This document shows, piece after piece, positions 20,715-30,811 of a stretch of DNA of 64,000 nucleotides. Each line of letters opens with the position of its first letter. Position 1 is the first letter of the stretch. Under the pieces are notes generated by a model. It searched no databases. It was given only the letters and a program-made list of their open reading frames with translations, and was not told the DNA's origin. A program made the position numbers and the translations under genes. The stretch spans positions 20,072-84,071 of the forward strand of contig JAHQVK010000050.1 of the NCBI GenBank assembly GCA_019634385.1. The letters are read 5' to 3'. The DNA comes from Myxococcales bacterium (GTDB lineage Bacteria > Myxococcota > Kuafuiibacteriia > Kuafuiibacteriales > Kuafuiibacteriaceae).

Positions 20715-21424
20715 TCATCCAATACCGATTGCGCAGCATTTTGTTCCGCTTGTTTCTTGCTGCGCCCGGTGCCCTGGCCGAGCACGTCGTGTTCTACGAC
20801 TACCTCCACCACAAATCGCTTCTCATGTTCAGGCCCTTCAGAGGCGACCAATCGATAACGAGGCGTCAACTTTAAGGTCGCCTGACATCGGTGTTGAAGC
20901 TCAGTTTTCGGATCGGTATCTGCCAACCGCTCACCGGCAGTAAAATCTAACAGCGGCAGAATCACCTCCGTGGTTGCATGAAAACCAGCATCCAGATAGA
21001 TAGCAGCCACCATGGCCTCAAAGGCATCCGCCAAAAGTGAGGCCCGTTCTCTCCCTCCCGATCGTTGTTCACCCCGACCGAGGCGTAAAATGGCACCTAA
21101 GCCTATATCTCGGGCTAGCTGGGCAAGAGCACCTTCATGAACAATAGATGCACGCATGCGCGATAGTTCTCCTTCCCGGGCACTCGGGAACCGCTTCATC
21201 AACTCTGTAGACACCACGAGATCGAGGACGGCATCCCCCAAAAACTCGAAGCGTTCATTGTCTGAAGTACCGCTCTCTTGCTCTGTCCCTCCATTAACCT
21301 CATTCACAAATGACCGGTGGGTGATGGCTTCTAGATAAAGAGTTCGCCGGGTAAATGAATAGTTGAGCGCCTCCATTAACCGGAATTCGGGATCTTTACT
21401 CATACCATCGCTTCCACAATCCAA
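20699..21424 (-). CDS. rnc: Ribonuclease III
   Basis: RNase III signature ERFEFLGDAVLDL plus a C-terminal dsRBD. Classic rnc-era arrangement. Confidence 0.9.
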   Translation of the reverse strand: MDCGSDGMSKDPEFRLMEALNYSFTRRTLYLEAITHRSFVNEVNGGTEQESGTSDNERFEFLGDAVLDLVVSTELMKRFPSAREGELSRMRASIVHEGALAQLARDIGLGAILRLGRGEQRSGGRERASLLADAFEAMVAAIYLDAGFHATTEVILPLLDFTAGERLADTDPKTELQHRCQATLKLTPRYRLVASEGPEHEKRFVVEVVVEHDVLGQGTGRSKKQAEQNAAQSVLDEWNAE

Positions 21425-22575
21425 CCTCCGCCCACCACTTCATCACCTTGGTAGAACACAGCCGCCTGCCCCGGAGATATGGCCCTCACCGGAGCATCAA
21501 AACGCACGCTGGCTTCTTCCCCCTCACGACAGACCGAAGCCATGGTTGCCACGCCCCGGTATCTAACCCGGACCATGGCCCGAACCAATTGACCTGGTGG
21601 AGGAGCTTGGAACGGCCAATTCATTCGCTGGGCCCTCAGTCCAGACCGAAGCAAGCTCTCGGCTGGTCCAACGGTCACGGTTTTAGAGGGAGCATCGATG
21701 TGGAGTACATGGAGGGGATGACGGGCGGCCACTTTCAAGCCTCTTCGCTGACCTACGGTATAGTTCATGATCCCCTCATGCTCACCGAGTTTCTCACCCC
21801 GCTCACTCACGATGATTCCTCGGTGATCCCCCTTTGCTTCCGGTTGACGCATAACAAAGCCTCCAGCCCCAGCGCCCCCCACAAAACAGACCTCCTGACT
21901 CTCAAGCTTATGAGCAACCGGCAGGCCCGATGATAAAGCTCGCTCCCGTACTTGTGCTTTATCCCAAGCCCCCACGGGAAAAATAAGGTCCCGCAGAATG
22001 TCTCTCGGGGTACTAAATAGAAAGTAACTCTGGTCTTTTGCGGGATCCGAACCCGCGAATAACCGAGGTCGGAGCAACTCATCAACCCTAAGTCGGGCGA
22101 AGTGCCCGGTCGCAAGATGAGTACAACCCAGTGCAACCGCTCGCCGATGCAATCGCTCAAGCTTAACAAAGGCGTTGCATCCTACACACGGATTCGGGGT
22201 CCGTCCCGCCAGATACTCCGTGACAAAGGGGCGAACAACATGGTCCGCAAATGGCTTCCGAGCATCAACTGCATAAAAAGGGAACCCGAGCATCTCCGCC
22301 ACACGGCGAGCATCTTGGAGGTCGTCTGGAGGACAGCACGCCCGGGGTGCCAATGGATTGTCTGGCTCTGGATCATGCAAGCGCAGGGCAAGTCCCACAA
22401 CCTCAGCCCCTACTTCCACCAGACGTAGGGCGGTTACGGCCGAATCCACCCCACCCGACAACGCCACCGCCACCCTTTGACCACGTAGGGAACTAAGCTG
22501 CTCGTTCACCTCCTCCGCGCTAGGTGCTCGCGTCCGTAGGCTACCCTTATCGTTTGTCGGTTCTATTTGATGCAA
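21400..22575 (-). CDS. mnmA: tRNA 2-thiouridylase MnmA
   Basis: PP-loop VAVALSGGVDSAV. Conserved Cys residues. Typical length of 391 aa. Confidence 0.85.
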   Translation of the reverse strand: MHQIEPTNDKGSLRTRAPSAEEVNEQLSSLRGQRVAVALSGGVDSAVTALRLVEVGAEVVGLALRLHDPEPDNPLAPRACCPPDDLQDARRVAEMLGFPFYAVDARKPFADHVVRPFVTEYLAGRTPNPCVGCNAFVKLERLHRRAVALGCTHLATGHFARLRVDELLRPRLFAGSDPAKDQSYFLFSTPRDILRDLIFPVGAWDKAQVRERALSSGLPVAHKLESQEVCFVGGAGAGGFVMRQPEAKGDHRGIIVSERGEKLGEHEGIMNYTVGQRRGLKVAARHPLHVLHIDAPSKTVTVGPAESLLRSGLRAQRMNWPFQAPPPGQLVRAMVRVRYRGVATMASVCREGEEASVRFDAPVRAISPGQAAVFYQGDEVVGGGWIVEAMV

Positions 22576-22686
22576 AACCCCTCCTCCTCACCAATCCTTA
22601 GCAGGTGGGCATTCACGCACAGCTCGCTCTACGCCCCTAGGTTCCAGACGAACGAACTACGCCAATGAGTGGGGGAGAGGGAATAA

Positions 22687-23037
22687 CTATTCTTCGCCGT
22701 CTTCAGCTTCATCACCGTCATCACTATCATTCAAATGACCGAGTGACGGACGAGCATCAGACGGATAATCAACCCGTTCTTTTAGCTCCTTCCCTACCTT
22801 AAAGAACGGTAGCCTTTTAGCAGGTACGTGAATCGTTTCCCCAGTACGCGGATTCCGACCGGTATACGCCCCATAAGGTCGACTCGTAAAACTACCAAAA
22901 CCACGGATTTCTACTCGATCGCCGCGTTTGAGAGCCTCTCCCATTTGCTCAAAGACAAGGTTTACGATCTGTTCTGATCGCTTCTTTGTGATACGTGCAC
23001 GTTCGGCAAGGTGCTCTACAAGCTCGGACTTGTTCAT
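22687..23037 (-). CDS. ihf: HU/IHF-family DNA-binding protein with acidic C-terminal tail
   Basis: MNKSELVEHLAERARITKKRSEQIVNLVFEQMGEALKRGDRVEIRGFGSF is the IHF/HU fold signature. Start set at the internal M of the 138-aa ORF. Confidence 0.8.
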   Translation of the reverse strand: MNKSELVEHLAERARITKKRSEQIVNLVFEQMGEALKRGDRVEIRGFGSFTSRPYGAYTGRNPRTGETIHVPAKRLPFFKVGKELKERVDYPSDARPSLGHLNDSDDGDEAEDGEE

Positions 23038-23129
23038 TGTCCCTACGCACGGTCTGAAAAACGCATAAACGTTCGTACAGACCCCTTTTTGGTATTCCAT
23101 CACCAGCTCTGCGTAGCTGGAGACTATGT

Positions 23130-23203
23130 CGCCCCCGACAGGGCTCGAACCTGTGGCCTACGGTTTAGGAAACCGTCGCTCTATCCAACTGAGCTACGGG
23201 AGC
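23130..23203 (-). tRNA. tRNA-Arg (anticodon CCT)
   Basis: Reverse complement reads GCTCCCGTAGCTCAGTTGGATAGAGCGACGGTTTCCTAAACCGTAGGCCACAGGTTCGAGCCCTGTCGGGGGCG. The cloverleaf folds by hand: 7-bp acceptor stem with one G-U pair, D-arm GCTC/GAGC, anticodon stem ACGGT/ACCGT with loop TTCCTAA, T-arm ACAGG-TTCGAGC-CCTGT. No encoded CCA. Confidence 0.85.
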
Positions 23204-23293
23204 TGATGTAGCCGTTTCTATAGCCCGGAGAGAAAACACTGTCAATACGAAGAGATAGTCCCTCCGAGCTACTCGATCTTATCTAAGGGACAC

Positions 23294-23827
23294 TCAGTAC
23301 CTCACCAGAGAATAGCAAGTTGTATCCCCAAGGGCTTTTCTTCCCTCCAAAAAGCCAAGCTCCACAACAAATGATACCCCAATAATTTCAGCACCCTGGC
23401 TTTCAACCAATGCCATCGCAGCCTTCATGGTACCCCCGGTGGCAAGCAGATCATCCACCATCACCACCTTCATTCCCGGACGAAGTGCATTGGCCTGAAC
23501 TTCCAAGGTGTCCTGGCCATACTCAAGATCGTAGGAGCGACTTACGACCGTTCCAGGGAGTTTTCCTTTTTTTCGGACAAGGACCAAACCTTTCCCCATC
23601 TTCATGCTCATAGCCGTACCGACCAGGAATCCTCGAGATTCTATACCAACCAGAGCATGAACGCCCGCTGGATCGTATGGCGCAGACATAGCTACCGCCA
23701 GTTCCGCCATCGCGTCACCCGAGCCCCACACCGGACAGAGATCTTTGAAGACAATGCCCGGCTTCGGAAAGTCTGGCACGTCACGTATCAGGCCACGAAT
23801 GCGCTCAGCAGTTGTTAGGTCCGTCAT
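23294..23827 (-). CDS. apt: Adenine phosphoribosyltransferase
   Basis: PRTase motif VVMVDDLLATGGT and FKDL...GIESRGF blocks typical of Apt. Start set at the internal MTDL. Confidence 0.85.
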   Translation of the reverse strand: MTDLTTAERIRGLIRDVPDFPKPGIVFKDLCPVWGSGDAMAELAVAMSAPYDPAGVHALVGIESRGFLVGTAMSMKMGKGLVLVRKKGKLPGTVVSRSYDLEYGQDTLEVQANALRPGMKVVMVDDLLATGGTMKAAMALVESQGAEIIGVSFVVELGFLEGRKALGDTTCYSLVRY

Positions 23828-23860
23828 ATGGAGAGTGATACCCACCCTCAAACAGCGTGT

Positions 23861-24628
23861 CTATGGTAGCACCTGCCAAGGATTGATCCGCTCTTCCCCC
23901 CGAGTCAGCTCAAAGTATAGCCGAGGGGAAGCCGCTCCACCGGAAGTACCGACCAAACCAATAACCTCCCCTTGATGAATAAATTGCCCTTTGGGAACAC
24001 ATGTTTCCAGCAGGCTCCCGTATAAGGTACGACGCCCATCCAAATGCTGAAGGACCACGATCGACCCGTAGTCATGCTCCTCCGCGGCTTCGATCACTCG
24101 TCCCGAGCGACTGGCCCAGACCGGCGTGCCAAGCGGAGCAGCAATCGCCAACCCATCATGCCGTTGTCCATGATGCTTCCCAAAATCAGTCAGCACCACC
24201 CCATCAATGGGCCAGATAAACCCCGTCCCTGAGACCGACCAGTCTCCAGGCGCATTCGCATACTGAGAACACTCGGTCGGCTGGGTTACCGGGGATATGG
24301 CTATCCTCTTCCGAATATATGGCGAGTCACCAACTCGCCGATCACGAGCGGAGCGACGCCAGACCGGCCTAGGCAATCGAAGCTGTTGCCCCACCTGGAG
24401 TTGATCAGCGCTGATCATATGATTAATATCCACAATATCAGACACTTGTAGATGATACCGCTGAGCTATAGCACTGAGGGTGTCCCCTTCCTTTGCTACG
24501 TAAGTTTGGGGAACGGGGGCTAAGGCTGAACCGCGAGCACCATCAGTGCTACGACCAAAGACCTGACAACCACCCCCGGGGAGGAAGACAAACACACAAA
24601 TTATTGGAATTTTGGCACGTCTCATCAC
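23861..24628 (-). CDS. LysM domain-containing M23-family metallopeptidase
   Basis: Signal peptide. LysM (AKEGDTLSAIAQRYHLQVSDIVDIN). M23 motifs (HDGLAIAAPLGTPVWA and GEVIGLVGTSG). Confidence 0.8.
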   Translation of the reverse strand: MMRRAKIPIICVFVFLPGGGCQVFGRSTDGARGSALAPVPQTYVAKEGDTLSAIAQRYHLQVSDIVDINHMISADQLQVGQQLRLPRPVWRRSARDRRVGDSPYIRKRIAISPVTQPTECSQYANAPGDWSVSGTGFIWPIDGVVLTDFGKHHGQRHDGLAIAAPLGTPVWASRSGRVIEAAEEHDYGSIVVLQHLDGRRTLYGSLLETCVPKGQFIHQGEVIGLVGTSGGAASPRLYFELTRGEERINPWQVLP

Positions 24629-25474
24629 TCAGCGTTCAAGAGCGAGCACATCGTTTGAGTCCGACGGAGGGGAGACATTACATACCCGAGCCCAAGAAGA
24701 AAAACCCCATTCATCAAATCCAGTAAAAACCTTCTTACTCGCGCTCAAATCTACCGAAAGCGGGGTTAGAGATATGATCCCGTCAGCCAGCGCCGCACAA
24801 TCACTTCCTGGCACCAACATGGGTTCTGACGGTACACCGCCAATCCAAAAGTATGGTCCCCCGCGAGGGTCATCCCGTCGATGCACAGAATGCCTATATA
24901 ACCGGTGACCCAAGAAGGTGAGTTGCCAGCGAGTAGGACACCCAGCAGGAACGTTAATATTAACAACGGTGGAACCATTAAACATCCCGGTCAGCATCCG
25001 CTCCCCCACCTGGCGAGCAAACTTTGCAGCCACCGCATACGACCCCTCATACGGTGTAGCGAGGGATACCGCCATCGACGGAATACCCATAAGAGTCCCC
25101 TCTGCGGCCGCACCTACTGTGCCGGAGTAGTGAACGTCATAACTGATATTTGGACCATCATTTACCCCCGACACAACCAACTGAGGACAACGCGGTAGCA
25201 ACTCGTGGACCCCGAGATACACACAATCCGCTGGCGTACCATCTACCATCCACCAATTGGGCCGAACTTGGTTCGCCCGAAGTGGTCGATGCAAGGTGAT
25301 CGCATGTGAAAAGCCGGAACGATTGCGGTCAGGAGCCATCACCACCACATCACCAAGCGTAGACAGTTCCTCCGCCAACGCCTCAATTCCCGGTGCTGTT
25401 ATGCCATCGTCGTTGGTCACAAGAATTAAAGGGCGCTCACCAGCGGAGGGGCATTCACTCACCGTATTGGACAT
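24629..25474 (-). CDS. surE: 5'/3'-nucleotidase SurE
   Basis: N-terminal ILVTNDDGITAPGIEAL is the SurE signature. 281 aa. Confidence 0.88.
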   Translation of the reverse strand: MSNTVSECPSAGERPLILVTNDDGITAPGIEALAEELSTLGDVVVMAPDRNRSGFSHAITLHRPLRANQVRPNWWMVDGTPADCVYLGVHELLPRCPQLVVSGVNDGPNISYDVHYSGTVGAAAEGTLMGIPSMAVSLATPYEGSYAVAAKFARQVGERMLTGMFNGSTVVNINVPAGCPTRWQLTFLGHRLYRHSVHRRDDPRGGPYFWIGGVPSEPMLVPGSDCAALADGIISLTPLSVDLSASKKVFTGFDEWGFSSWARVCNVSPPSDSNDVLALER

Positions 25475-25626
25475 AATGCGGGTTGTCCCAGCGTCTGGAA
25501 CTGACCGTCAACCCAACCCGGTCGCTAACGGGCTGCTGAACCACCCAACCCGAGAGATACCAACATCGTCATGGTTCTAGCGGTGACAGGAGTTGACCAA
25601 GCCGGACCTCGCGCCTTGGGATATCC

Positions 25627-26319
25627 GTGATCATGTCTGGCTCCAAAAAAGACGCACCCTCACCTCCAACAACCCGTACCCAAACCCTCCGTCACCAAGC
25701 CTGGAATCTTGGGCAATTGCTTGCTGCTCTCGGACGGCGGCCACTAGTATGGCTCGGGGGTACATTGCTCTGCGGCCTGGCTCTCCTCCTTGAGGCGGCG
25801 ATCGGCCAATCTGGAGAGGCCCTTTTCAACCTCGCCAGTTACGTACCTTTTCTTGGCGGTGGGTGGGCTGTCCTCGCTTTTTCAACGACAAATCCCGCGC
25901 ACGTATTGGGTCATTTCCCTAGCCGTCAGCAGGCATTAAAATTTATCGCCGCGGCCTTTGTTGTCCTTATGCTGTCCGGCCTCGCCCGGATAACCCTCAC
26001 TATTATCGGTGAACTCGCGATCAAGACCGCCCTAGCTTTGGGGCCTACTGTGGCCCTCGCAGACCAAACTTGGCCACCAGCATCCCTATGGCGAGGCCTG
26101 ATGGTGATCGACGACCAACCTCGAGCATTTGCCAGACTGGTGCTCATCAGCGCTGGCATCCTCCTACTGACCGTGCTCGCCGTACCTACTGGACTCAATC
26201 TTATGTTAGGCACCAGCGGGGGCGGGCTCTTCGTACAGGGCATGGCACGAGGCCTGGGGTGGGCCATCATTTCCGGATTGTGGATGCGATTCTATCTACG
26301 ACTTCGAGTACCCGCTTAA
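25627..26319 (+). CDS. Hypothetical polytopic membrane protein
   Basis: 230-aa ORF with 5-6 hydrophobic helices and no recognisable motif. Start uncertain. Confidence 0.4.
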   Translation: MIMSGSKKDAPSPPTTRTQTLRHQAWNLGQLLAALGRRPLVWLGGTLLCGLALLLEAAIGQSGEALFNLASYVPFLGGGWAVLAFSTTNPAHVLGHFPSRQQALKFIAAAFVVLMLSGLARITLTIIGELAIKTALALGPTVALADQTWPPASLWRGLMVIDDQPRAFARLVLISAGILLLTVLAVPTGLNLMLGTSGGGLFVQGMARGLGWAIISGLWMRFYLRLRVPA

Positions 26320-26389
26320 AGCCAAGCGGCCCACAGACGAATTAGAGATAGGATGATGATAACCAAGGCGGCGAGGCGCGGACCTCCTT

Positions 26390-27823
26390 CTACTCAGCAT
26401 CTTCAGTAGATTGCTCTTCTTGGGGCTCCACAACAAAACTCAACGAATCAATTTGTAGACCGGGTAAACCCAACGATATGTCAGTTTGGATACCAACCGG
26501 ACCAGGCACCGTGTACTGCGCTGGCTGACGACAACTGATATTTCCAAGCTGAACCAAAAACGTGCCGTCTGACCGTCGCACCGAGCTCCCCGGGACATCA
26601 ATCACCGACCCGAGTTGGCCAGGAAAACACTTAGTCTCAATGTCCTCTTGCGTGTTATCCGCCCGCAAACAAGTGCCGCTGTATTGCCCCTCTTCCACCT
26701 CGCAAGTCGTCCGGCATGCGTTCGGCCGGATAGGCACGGTAATTCCATCAGAGCTTTCAATATCATCCGCTACGCACTGCTCATTGGAGGGACATTCATC
26801 ATCCGACGCGCAGGCTTGGCGGGTCTCACTACAGAGACCACACCAACACCGGAAGCGTTTGTTACCATTCTCATCCTCGGGACCACAGCTAGGTTGATCC
26901 GAGGTGAGCGTGCGGCGAACTCCCTGAGAATTCCCCTCCGTGAAGCCCACACTCAGTGCCACTCCCAAAGGTTGGGTACAATCGAGACTATAGTAACCAG
27001 CCTCACCATTAAACGTCTGTTCACCATTTCTATCACAAGACTGGCGAATTCCAACCTCCTCGTCATATGGGAAAGAGCGGACAGGCGCCGGTCCCGAGCT
27101 ACCGGCAGTTTGGCACTCACCGTCTCTTTTACCATCATTTGCGACCAAATCACCAACACACACCGCGCACTTACCCGGTTTAGAAAAATCGGTCGTGCCG
27201 GTGTTACTAAAAAACCGGTCAAAGCTCACTCGCCCAGTTTCGGTATTTATCAGTCCCGTCACTGGAGGTTCAGTATCCGAGGGATCCTCGTTGGCGAAAA
27301 ACACCGCGGCGCAAGTCACCTGGCCTTGGAACACAGGAAATGGCGGGCCAAGAAAATATGCACAGGTAGAGTTACCACAGGATTCACTATCATCACAGGA
27401 CTGGCCATTGTGAGCACATACTTTACGCCCTAGCCCTGATGAGTCGCTGGGATCAAGGTTTCGACACTCCCAGGGTGGACAGTCAGCATCGCTGTCACAA
27501 ACGATAGAAGTATCACCTACACATCGCTGAGTAACCACTGGGTGATCCCGAACTGGCCCTGCAAAGGCGCAGTTCCTACAATCTGGACTGCAAGTAGTGG
27601 TCTTTACCCGGACAAAAGAATTGAGCGCGAGAGTCGTATCGTGCCCCACCCCTGTCCATCCGATCTTGACCTCGTTGCCAGCAACAAATGTAAATTTGAA
27701 ATGAGATGGGCATTGCTCAGACTGGGGAGGTTCTGGTGAGAAATTCGGAGGATCACCTGGTGATCCCGAACACCCCAACAACATACTCACCACCACGATC
27801 AGCCCACAAACCCGCACGCGCAT
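26390..27823 (-). CDS. Cysteine-rich secreted lipoprotein (hypothetical)
   Basis: Lipoprotein signal MRVRVCGLIVVVSMLLGCSG. 477 aa with more than 40 Cys in paired patterns (CxxC, CDxxxxC). No enzymatic motif recognised. Confidence 0.6.
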   Translation of the reverse strand: MRVRVCGLIVVVSMLLGCSGSPGDPPNFSPEPPQSEQCPSHFKFTFVAGNEVKIGWTGVGHDTTLALNSFVRVKTTTCSPDCRNCAFAGPVRDHPVVTQRCVGDTSIVCDSDADCPPWECRNLDPSDSSGLGRKVCAHNGQSCDDSESCGNSTCAYFLGPPFPVFQGQVTCAAVFFANEDPSDTEPPVTGLINTETGRVSFDRFFSNTGTTDFSKPGKCAVCVGDLVANDGKRDGECQTAGSSGPAPVRSFPYDEEVGIRQSCDRNGEQTFNGEAGYYSLDCTQPLGVALSVGFTEGNSQGVRRTLTSDQPSCGPEDENGNKRFRCWCGLCSETRQACASDDECPSNEQCVADDIESSDGITVPIRPNACRTTCEVEEGQYSGTCLRADNTQEDIETKCFPGQLGSVIDVPGSSVRRSDGTFLVQLGNISCRQPAQYTVPGPVGIQTDISLGLPGLQIDSLSFVVEPQEEQSTEDAE

Positions 27824-27918
27824 GCTCTCGGCGTATAGTTGTGAAACCGGATTATTTCAAATCTTTCATTCGCAATTTCTTCGACCCACGTCAGAATATT
27901 AGCGCTCTCCCGCACCGA

Positions 27919-28093
27919 GCAGCCTGTTGATTTGGCCATGTGTGTAGCTGTCGAGCCAGGCTTTTCGTGAAACGCTCTGACGACGAGGCGAGCGTACCAG
28001 CCGGTACGTGACCGAGGAGAGACTTTTCGTGGTCAGGACGTTTCACGGAAAGACCGGCCGACAGATGCGTGCAGGGCTAGATCAACAGGCTGC
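27919..28093. repeat. Long imperfect palindrome (about 175 bp) with nested inverted repeats
   Basis: Outer arms gcagcctgttgat / atcaacaggctgc. Inner arms ttttcgtgaaacg / cgtttcacggaaa. Perfect central palindrome cggtacgtgaccg at 28001-28013. Intergenic. Confidence 0.65.
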
Positions 28094-28358
28094 TAGAGGC
28101 GCCGCTTGAAACCACTTGGCTAAAAAGTCAGTCGTAGTTTGTGTCACCTCCGATAAGCCCCTTCTCGTCCCCAGACATCAGCTATCTTAGCAACCGCTAT
28201 CTCTAAATGGCTTCAAAAGTGGTAAACAAGCACGCCAAGAGCCGACCCGCCCGGTGTAGACCACAGATACGCACTATCAAGTGCACTGAGCCATTTGGGT
28301 TCATCAAGCCACCATTTTGGCACTAATTCCAATCTACTGAAAGAAACCAAAGCGGTCT

Positions 28359-30560
28359 TCACCCATTATTTGTCGTCGCCTGGCGTGCCGCCTCAATTTT
28401 CGCTCGCGCACCTGGAGTGAGCGCACCCGCAACCACCTCAGCAATATCTAAGACCGGCATATCTTCATTCCCGTGGTGCTTTAGACCATCGCCGATCATC
28501 GTCTTACAGAAAGGACAACCAACCGCTACCGCCTGAGCTCCGGTGTCAATCGCCTGCTGGCTGCGCACGATGTTGACGCGAACGTCACCAGGCTCTTCTT
28601 CCTTCCACATTTGTGCTCCTCCCGCACCACAGCACAGCGATTTTCGGCCATGGTCTTCCATCTCAACCACCTGGAGACGCTTAACTGCCGCAAGGCTCCT
28701 GCGAGGTGCTTTCGTTTCATCGTTCCAGCGTCCGAGAAAACAAGGATCATGGAAAGTTACCTTGCTAAGTGTTCCCACATCTACATCTAATCGCCCCTCT
28801 TCGAGCAATTGACTTATGAGTTGTGAGTGGTGAAGTACTTCGTAGTCACCACCAAACGCTGGATACTCATTTTTTAGGGTATTAAAACAATGAGGACACG
28901 CAGTGACAATTTTTTTGACTCCGAGGTCATTCAGCGTCGCCACATTAGTCTGCGCTAAAGCATCAAACAGGTACTCATTTCCACCTCGACGAGCAGGATC
29001 CCCCGTGCATTGCTCGTTTTGCCCTAAAATAGCATAAGTAATACCACCGGCATCCAAAATATCAGCCAGGGCTCGTACTGACTTCTGTGCAGTAATGTCA
29101 AAGCTTCCCGCACAACCAACCCAGAACAAAAACTCATACTTACCCGCATCTTCGCTGCCACCCCAGTATCGCAAACCTAGTGACTGAGCCCAATCAGCAC
29201 GCTTATCTGCGCCGATACCCCAGGGATTATAGTTACGTTCAATATTCGTAAAAGTATTGTTCCACTCCGCGGACACTGCTCCCTCTGTGAGGGTCAAATA
29301 CCGCCGAAGATCCACAATCGCATCTACGTGATCGATCAAAACCGGACATGCTTCGACGCAGGCTCCACAATTCGTGCAGGCCCCCAGTACTTCACGAGAG
29401 GTCTGAACACCTTTCATTCGCCCCTCTTCGGTTTCAGCGATCAACGGAACTTCCGGCTCCCAGTCTGCCGGCGCTGCCGTCACTTCAAACAGACCTCGAT
29501 CTGCTAGTAGCTTATCACCGTTGAGATATAAATTACCACGGATATCATGAATGAGCTTCTGCGGATTCAGAGCCTTTCCGGTACGAGTAGCGGGACAATA
29601 TTTATTGCAACGCCCACACTCGGTGCAAGCATAAGTATCTAGGAGCGTCTTCCACGAAAAATCATTTACTTTACCTACCCCGAAACTCTCAGCATTCTCA
29701 TCTTCAAAATCCAGTCGACTAAGCGCAGCTTTGTGCTTTTCTCTTTTGTGAAGGAATATATTAGGAATAGCTCCCAGCAAGTGGATATGTTTGCTCTTGG
29801 GTATGACATTTAAGAAAGTAAGAAGCACAACCGCATGAGACCACCAAAAGATCTCGCTCAATACATATGCGAGCTTAACATTCATCCCCACAAAGAAGCT
29901 AGCGACCGTATTTGAAACTGTGATGGCTTTCGCATGACTTGTGACAAATGGATCTTTTCCAGCAATAGCAAAACCCATAGCACCAAAGTAGGTTATCATC
30001 ACCATCGCAATGAGGCTCAAAATAAGATATCCCTCTTTGCTGTCATAGTGGATATGGCTGGGGCGCAAGACCAAGCGTCGAAATAGTGCGGCCACCACTG
30101 CAAAAAGGACAACAAACGCCATGAAGTCTTCACCAGCAAGAATCAGGTGGTACAGACCATCCCCCAGAAAGGACAGACTAAAGCTAGGAACAACGCCGCG
30201 AACCAAAAATTCAATATGCCCCACGGTGATAATCAAGAAGCCCCAGAAGAAGATGACGTGATTCCACCCAAATTTCTCCTTCACAACTTTGCGCTGAAAG
30301 AAGACCAGATATATGACTGCACCGATACGGTCCGTAATATCCTTGATGGGATTCGACCGACTCTGCCCGAGAGCCATAAGACGGAACATGCGCCATACAG
30401 AATGAGCGAACAACCCCATCATAGCGACGAAAAAAACGCCGAACACAATGGGCTTTAGCACTGCGTACATCACTGCATTGGATACCGACACTTGTGGGTC
30501 TGACGCAATGTGATTAACCAGCAAGTATGCCGCAATTTCCATATCTCTGCGACTATGCAA
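28359..30560 (-). CDS. Membrane-anchored Fe-S oxidoreductase: polytopic N-terminal domain fused to a 2x[4Fe-4S] ferredoxin and an HdrD/GlpC-like CCG-domain module
   Basis: About 7 TM helices at the N-terminus. Ferredoxin motifs CTECGRCNKYCP and CTNCGACVEACP. Two CCG-type Cys-rich blocks including CCGAGG. 733 aa. Confidence 0.75.
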   Translation of the reverse strand: MHSRRDMEIAAYLLVNHIASDPQVSVSNAVMYAVLKPIVFGVFFVAMMGLFAHSVWRMFRLMALGQSRSNPIKDITDRIGAVIYLVFFQRKVVKEKFGWNHVIFFWGFLIITVGHIEFLVRGVVPSFSLSFLGDGLYHLILAGEDFMAFVVLFAVVAALFRRLVLRPSHIHYDSKEGYLILSLIAMVMITYFGAMGFAIAGKDPFVTSHAKAITVSNTVASFFVGMNVKLAYVLSEIFWWSHAVVLLTFLNVIPKSKHIHLLGAIPNIFLHKREKHKAALSRLDFEDENAESFGVGKVNDFSWKTLLDTYACTECGRCNKYCPATRTGKALNPQKLIHDIRGNLYLNGDKLLADRGLFEVTAAPADWEPEVPLIAETEEGRMKGVQTSREVLGACTNCGACVEACPVLIDHVDAIVDLRRYLTLTEGAVSAEWNNTFTNIERNYNPWGIGADKRADWAQSLGLRYWGGSEDAGKYEFLFWVGCAGSFDITAQKSVRALADILDAGGITYAILGQNEQCTGDPARRGGNEYLFDALAQTNVATLNDLGVKKIVTACPHCFNTLKNEYPAFGGDYEVLHHSQLISQLLEEGRLDVDVGTLSKVTFHDPCFLGRWNDETKAPRRSLAAVKRLQVVEMEDHGRKSLCCGAGGAQMWKEEEPGDVRVNIVRSQQAIDTGAQAVAVGCPFCKTMIGDGLKHHGNEDMPVLDIAEVVAGALTPGARAKIEAARQATTNNG

Positions 30561-30811
30561 CTGGCTCTAATCCGCACGACGCCGATTTTAATATGAATCG
30601 TGACTCAGCAAATCTCTAGCAGAGGATGTGGCTTTTCGTCGCCCCTCGACAAATCGGGCACAATCTGGAGACGGCAGGCACGTCCTGGGGACGACAAATG
30701 GTGAGCTAGCTTTGGGAACCCAATGCCAATGCCGCAATCTGGGCCAAGTTTCTTACAAGAGACCGTCAGGGAGAGCTTGACCAGCTCGCCAGTCCGTTCT
30801 ACGCGCCGCTA

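Noticed and set aside
22102-22496. Plus-strand ORFs opposite mnmA (108 aa and 81 aa)
   Set aside because: They are antisense to a well-supported conserved gene, Pro/His-rich, and have no motif.
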